NCBI GenBank assembly: GCA_050010515.1
Contig: JBEKKX010000013.1
Coordinates: forward strand, 32,001-96,000
Length of the DNA: 64,000 nucleotides
From: Candidatus Bathyarchaeia archaeon
Lineage (GTDB): Archaea > Thermoproteota > Bathyarchaeia > Bathyarchaeales > Bathycorpusculaceae
Reading direction: 5' to 3'
In this document: positions 60,280-64,000 of the stretch, piece after piece
Layout of the letters: the number at the start of each line of letters is the position of its first letter
Position numbering within the stretch: the first letter of the stretch is position 1
Program-made: the position numbers and the translations under genes
Notes under the pieces: generated by a model
Database searches by the model: none
What the model was told of the DNA's origin: nothing
Seen by the model: the letters and a program-made list of their open reading frames with translations, nothing else

Positions 60280-60843
60280 TCAACTAATTATTTTCTTTAT
60301 AGCCGCTGCTACTTCTATTGCAGGTTTGTTTGAATTTACGATAATCCATTTGCCCAAAAAAGCTAGCGAAAGCGCTTTGGTTCTAACCTCACTCAACGCG
60401 TCAAAGTCCTCAAACATTTCCCTCTCGCCACGAGACTTTGCAATCCGAGAAAGTGCCTCCTCTGGATTAACGTCTAAAAAAATCATTATTTCCGACTGGG
60501 GTACAACAAAGGCAAAAAAATGGTAAGCGATTTTATGTAGAGGCGCAGGCAAATAAGCCGTACCCATCAGGTACCTCACGAAAATTATATAATCGACCTT
60601 TCGCCACGAATAAAGCAGAATTGAACGTATTACATCAATCATGTAGAATAACGCAGCGGCGAAATGTGCACTCTTGCCGCTTGAATACAGAAACTGGCGC
60701 GCTTTAACTCCGAAGAAATTGTCCTTTTCAGGGTGAACACGCAAACACACGGTTTTTCCTCCTTTTTCCAGAAACTTCAAGATAAACTGTGCTTGGGTGC
60801 TTTTCCCAGAACCGTCTAATCCATCAATTATGATTAAAGTCAA
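60280..60843 (-). CDS. Thymidylate kinase-like P-loop kinase
   Basis: IDGLDGSGKSTQ and FLDV.PEEA..RI. Confidence 0.8.
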   Translation of the reverse strand: MTLIIIDGLDGSGKSTQAQFILKFLEKGGKTVCLRVHPEKDNFFGVKARQFLYSSGKSAHFAAALFYMIDVIRSILLYSWRKVDYIIFVRYLMGTAYLPAPLHKIAYHFFAFVVPQSEIMIFLDVNPEEALSRIAKSRGEREMFEDFDALSEVRTKALSLAFLGKWIIVNSNKPAIEVAAAIKKIIS

Positions 60844-60844
60844 A

Positions 60845-61561
60845 TTAAGCCCATCCCTTCAGAAGAAGAAGCAGCAAAGCGCCGAGGAAAGGAACAGTTA
60901 TGTTATCAAAGCCTCGCGGTGTAAGTGCTTCAGCAACCGTAGCCACAGCAGCCACCGCCAAAGCAATTAAAACTGAACTGAAAAGGGGAAGAGAATAAAA
61001 AGCGGAAAAAAATAATAGACTAACCTCAAAACTTACAAAACTAAACGCAAACATTGCAACTGAACCCTCAAGGCTTTTTTTGGCAAGAATCCGGAAATGC
61101 CGCTTCCCAAACTTTTCACCAACCAAAGAAGCCGCAGCATCACCATAAGCCATAGGCAAAATCCCCGCAGCAATAACGTAAGGCTTCGCCGAAAAAAACC
61201 AAGCCAAAACGGTGTAAGAGATAGCGTAAAACACCAAACCCAACTGATGACCACCTTTAGTCACCTCAGTCAACTCCGACATTTTCCTGCTAAGACTCTT
61301 TACCGGAGAGTAAGGCGAAACCAGAAAAGTTACAAAAACAAACGGCACTGCAACGAAGAAAGGAAAGTTCAGCGGAAATGTGTTGTATGAGAAAAACGGA
61401 ATAAGAAAAGGCAAATTCCCGATCATTATGTGCAGGAACTTGCGAGAAGAATTCCGAGATAAACCACGCCCGATTTTTCCCGTGACCAAAATCACAATTA
61501 GAATATACCCGTAGCAGGAGCCAAGCAGTGCCAAATTTGCCCAAGCTTCAGTGTCAAGCAT
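60845..61561 (-). CDS. CTP-dependent polyprenol/diacylglycerol kinase family (phytol/dolichol kinase-like)
   Basis: SRKFLHI, GDAAASLVG..FG, KSLEGS and DNITVP. Confidence 0.88.
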   Translation of the reverse strand: MLDTEAWANLALLGSCYGYILIVILVTGKIGRGLSRNSSRKFLHIMIGNLPFLIPFFSYNTFPLNFPFFVAVPFVFVTFLVSPYSPVKSLSRKMSELTEVTKGGHQLGLVFYAISYTVLAWFFSAKPYVIAAGILPMAYGDAAASLVGEKFGKRHFRILAKKSLEGSVAMFAFSFVSFEVSLLFFSAFYSLPLFSSVLIALAVAAVATVAEALTPRGFDNITVPFLGALLLLLLKGWA

Positions 61562-61567
61562 GGATGC

Positions 61568-62428
61568 TCACCTAAACATGCCGAAAATGAACGCGAGCAA
61601 ACCCACGATGAAAAGAATTAGAACAAGTTTCTTGATTCGGCGAGCGTTCTCACGTGAAGGATTCTTGACCAATAACACTGAACACTCGACCAAACCAAAA
61701 TCAGTAACTAACACAAAAGGAACAAACCAAAAAGAAACCAAACCCAAAACCACCGGAAGCGGAGAAAGACAAATTGCAAAACCGTAAAACGACGCTGCCG
61801 CCGCCGCAGCCTTCAACTCGCCGAAACGCACGGCAAGAGTCTTAACATTCTTGGCGCTATCCCCTTTAACGTCCACGATGCCCTTCGTGATTTCTCTACC
61901 CGTGTTCGAAAGGAACGCCATAGAAGCAAAAAGCAGGACGTTAAGCCGAACCGCATTAACTGCCACCAAATTTCCATACAGAAAAGGCGTAGCCACACAT
62001 GCACTAACTAAGAAGTTGCCTGGCAGTCCACTTCGCTTTCCCACAGTCGTATAAGTTAGCATAAGCGCCCAGGCAACCACAGCGACCACAAGACAAACAA
62101 TACTTGTGAGGAAAGCGAAAACAAAACCCACCACAGAAAGGACACCAGCGAAAATCAACGCACCTTTAACAGTTACTACGCCGCTGGGAATCGGACGCGT
62201 AGGCTCATTTATCGCGTCAATGTGGCGATCGTAGTAGTCATTCACAGCCATGGCAGCCGCTGTTAAAGTGAAACCAGTCAACGCCCCAAACAAAATGTTT
62301 AGCCCAAAAAAGTTTGAGAAACTCGGATTCCCCAAAACCGCACCCACTAGAACAGCGAAACTCATCATCACACAATTTATCGGCCTCATCAACTTAACAA
62401 AACCGCTAACTTCGTGTGCACCCCTCAA
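61568..62428 (-). CDS. Digeranylgeranylglyceryl phosphate synthase (UbiA family)
   Basis: RPIN, NDYYD..ID.IN.P.RPIPSG, GN and REI.K.I.D..GD. Confidence 0.9.
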   Translation of the reverse strand: MRGAHEVSGFVKLMRPINCVMMSFAVLVGAVLGNPSFSNFFGLNILFGALTGFTLTAAAMAVNDYYDRHIDAINEPTRPIPSGVVTVKGALIFAGVLSVVGFVFAFLTSIVCLVVAVVAWALMLTYTTVGKRSGLPGNFLVSACVATPFLYGNLVAVNAVRLNVLLFASMAFLSNTGREITKGIVDVKGDSAKNVKTLAVRFGELKAAAAAASFYGFAICLSPLPVVLGLVSFWFVPFVLVTDFGLVECSVLLVKNPSRENARRIKKLVLILFIVGLLAFIFGMFR

Positions 62429-62639
62429 CCTCTCCCCTCCGATGCTCTAAAATGCGACGCTTACATTTATAAATTCAACCTTAACGCCGCGTTCAAGTCT
62501 TTCCTAATTACGTCACAGCCGTTATTGATAGTAGCATTTTTCTCGGTGAGAGCGCGCTTAATTCCGGTCCGTTTCAGCTACAATTGATTTGCCATCTTCA
62601 GATATGATTTAGTGCAAAATTGCTTACTGAACCTCCTGA

Positions 62640-62710
62640 ATCAAATCTATCACTTCAATCCATAACCCGAGGGTTCAAACGCGGGCTCAAACCTATCCCC
62701 ACCCGCCACA
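62640..62710 (+). repeat. tRNA-Arg 3'-end-derived repeat, copy C, with upstream extension
   Basis: ATCAAATCTATCACTTCAATCCATA-ACCCGAGGGTTCAAACGCGGGCTCAAACCTATCCCCACCCGCCACA. Confidence 0.9.
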
Positions 62711-62737
62711 GATGTCCCCGCACATTTCGAGTGGGTG

Positions 62738-62887
62738 TTACTTGTGTTTTCTGAAAACCTTGTTGCTTCCGAAATCGCAGACAAACTCAAAACCGACTTC
62801 TAAAAGTTGACAGGGTTTCCTCTTCTGGCTGTTCCGCACTGGCAACGAGTCATCCTGGTACTCATCGTTTTCTCTGCTTATTGTCAT
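62738..62887 (-). pseudogene. Probable C-terminal remnant of a tyrosine integrase
   Basis: 49-codon frame ...ENDEY...CQLLEVGFEFVCDFGSNKVFRKHK*, resembling (from memory) the C-tail of bathyarchaeal integrases; ends 27 nt from repeat C. Confidence 0.55.
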
Positions 62888-63047
62888 CCCTGCTTTTGAA
62901 CATAGTAACTTTAATAATCAAAGCTGTACTAAAAAAAATAATTGGAGAGTAGACCCCCTTCGTCTCTATCTCTGTGTATCTCTAGGGCATAAGTTAAAAA
63001 ACAAAAAAAGGAACCAAAGAGGTTAAGAGCTTGGTTTCTTAGGTTTC

Positions 63048-64000
63048 TTAAAAGAAACTTTTTATGGGTGAATCATCGTCAACGGCTGCAGATTTTATCT
63101 CTTGAATTTTCGTTTTTGTTAAAGCTTTAATATTGTTGAAGTCTGACATTTCACCGTAGCTTACCAGCGTTATGGCTGTCCCGTCTTCTCCTTTGCGGGC
63201 GGTTCTTCCTATGCGATGGAAATATATCAGCGAATCCATGGGCACATCATAGTTGATAATATGCGTTATGCCCTCGATGTCTAAGCCTCTTGCCGCAACA
63301 TCCGTTGCCACGAGTAAGCTGAGTCTGTCTGAGCGAAAGTCGTTGATTGCGCGGTCTCTTTGAGCTTGGGTAAAACCAGCGTGCAATGCCTGCACTCGGA
63401 ACCCTTTCCTGTATAGTTGCTCTGAGAGTCTGCTTGTTTCCCTGCGTGTTCTACAGAAAATTATAGCTTTATCCACCCGTTCGTTGCGGATTATATCGCA
63501 GAGAGCATCAAATTTGCCATGCTGATTAACGATTGTGTAGAACTGCTTCATCTGAGTTAATGCAATCTCGTCTTTGCTGACAAGGATTTTCTGCGGGTTC
63601 TTCATGTACTTGTTGCAGACTTTCATTACTGACGGGTCAATTGTCGCTGAAAAAAGGCTTGTTTGCCTATCATGCGGTGTTTTTGAGAGAATAAATTCGA
63701 TGTCTTCTATAAAGCCCATGTCAAGCATTCTGTCGGCTTCATCAAGAACCACAATTTTAACAGACCCAAGGTTTAACACTCGCCTTTCCATAAGGTCGAT
63801 CAATCTGCCAGGCGTGCCGACAACAATGTGGACACCGCTTGCTAAAGCATGTATTTGCTTGTTGATTGATTCTCCACCATAAACAGCTAAAACTTTCAGC
63901 CTATCATATTTCGCAAAACAAGCCATGTGTTCGGCTACTTGCACAGCTAACTCGCGTGTTGGCACTAAAATCAAGCCTTGAACACCGCGAATTTCACGGT
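63048..64000 (-). CDS. DEAD-box RNA helicase, 5'-truncated by window edge
   Basis: PTRELA, TPGR, DEAD, SAT, ARGLD and HRIGRTAR; frame open to 64000. Confidence 0.95.
   Translation of the reverse strand, partial: REIRGVQGLILVPTRELAVQVAEHMACFAKYDRLKVLAVYGGESINKQIHALASGVHIVVGTPGRLIDLMERRVLNLGSVKIVVLDEADRMLDMGFIEDIEFILSKTPHDRQTSLFSATIDPSVMKVCNKYMKNPQKILVSKDEIALTQMKQFYTIVNQHGKFDALCDIIRNERVDKAIIFCRTRRETSRLSEQLYRKGFRVQALHAGFTQAQRDRAINDFRSDRLSLLVATDVAARGLDIEGITHIINYDVPMDSLIYFHRIGRTARKGEDGTAITLVSYGEMSDFNNIKALTKTKIQEIKSAAVDDDSPIKSFF

Noticed and set aside
35774-62710. The 46-nt repeats as a CRISPR array
   Set aside because: Copies are kilobases apart with whole genes between them; no cas genes or short spacers

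Overview
Archaeal genomic window, most consistent with Candidatus Bathyarchaeia (inferred from gene content and protein style). 1-21 kb is mainly core genes: an Aeropyrum-type modified mevalonate pathway (MVK, UbiD-type decarboxylase, two-subunit phosphomevalonate dehydratase, IPK, type 2 IDI, prenyl synthase) split by a ~4.7 kb accessory block, then GluRS, SRP19, rpS8e, decayed toxin-antitoxin genes and smc-scpA-scpB. 21-33.6 kb holds an ABC exporter pair, a RadA-like/arCOG07300/PolB2 cassette, a KaiC-like gene, a 42-aa pilin-like ORF, intron-containing tRNA-Ser(GGA), SlyD, egsA and tRNA-Arg(CCT). Downstream of tRNA-Arg, ~29 kb is punctuated by four co-oriented copies of the tRNA-Arg 3' end (one exact 25-nt copy, three copies of a conserved 46-nt derivative). 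The last lies beside a probable integrase C-terminal remnant. Between these repeats are cargo blocks: a second ABC pair, transporters, a PKD-domain peptide ABC operon, a lone cysteine synthase, and an uncharacterised phospho-His/ferredoxin cluster with no ATP-binding partner. No CRISPR array or rRNA was seen. All family calls come from motif recognition; no database searches were run.
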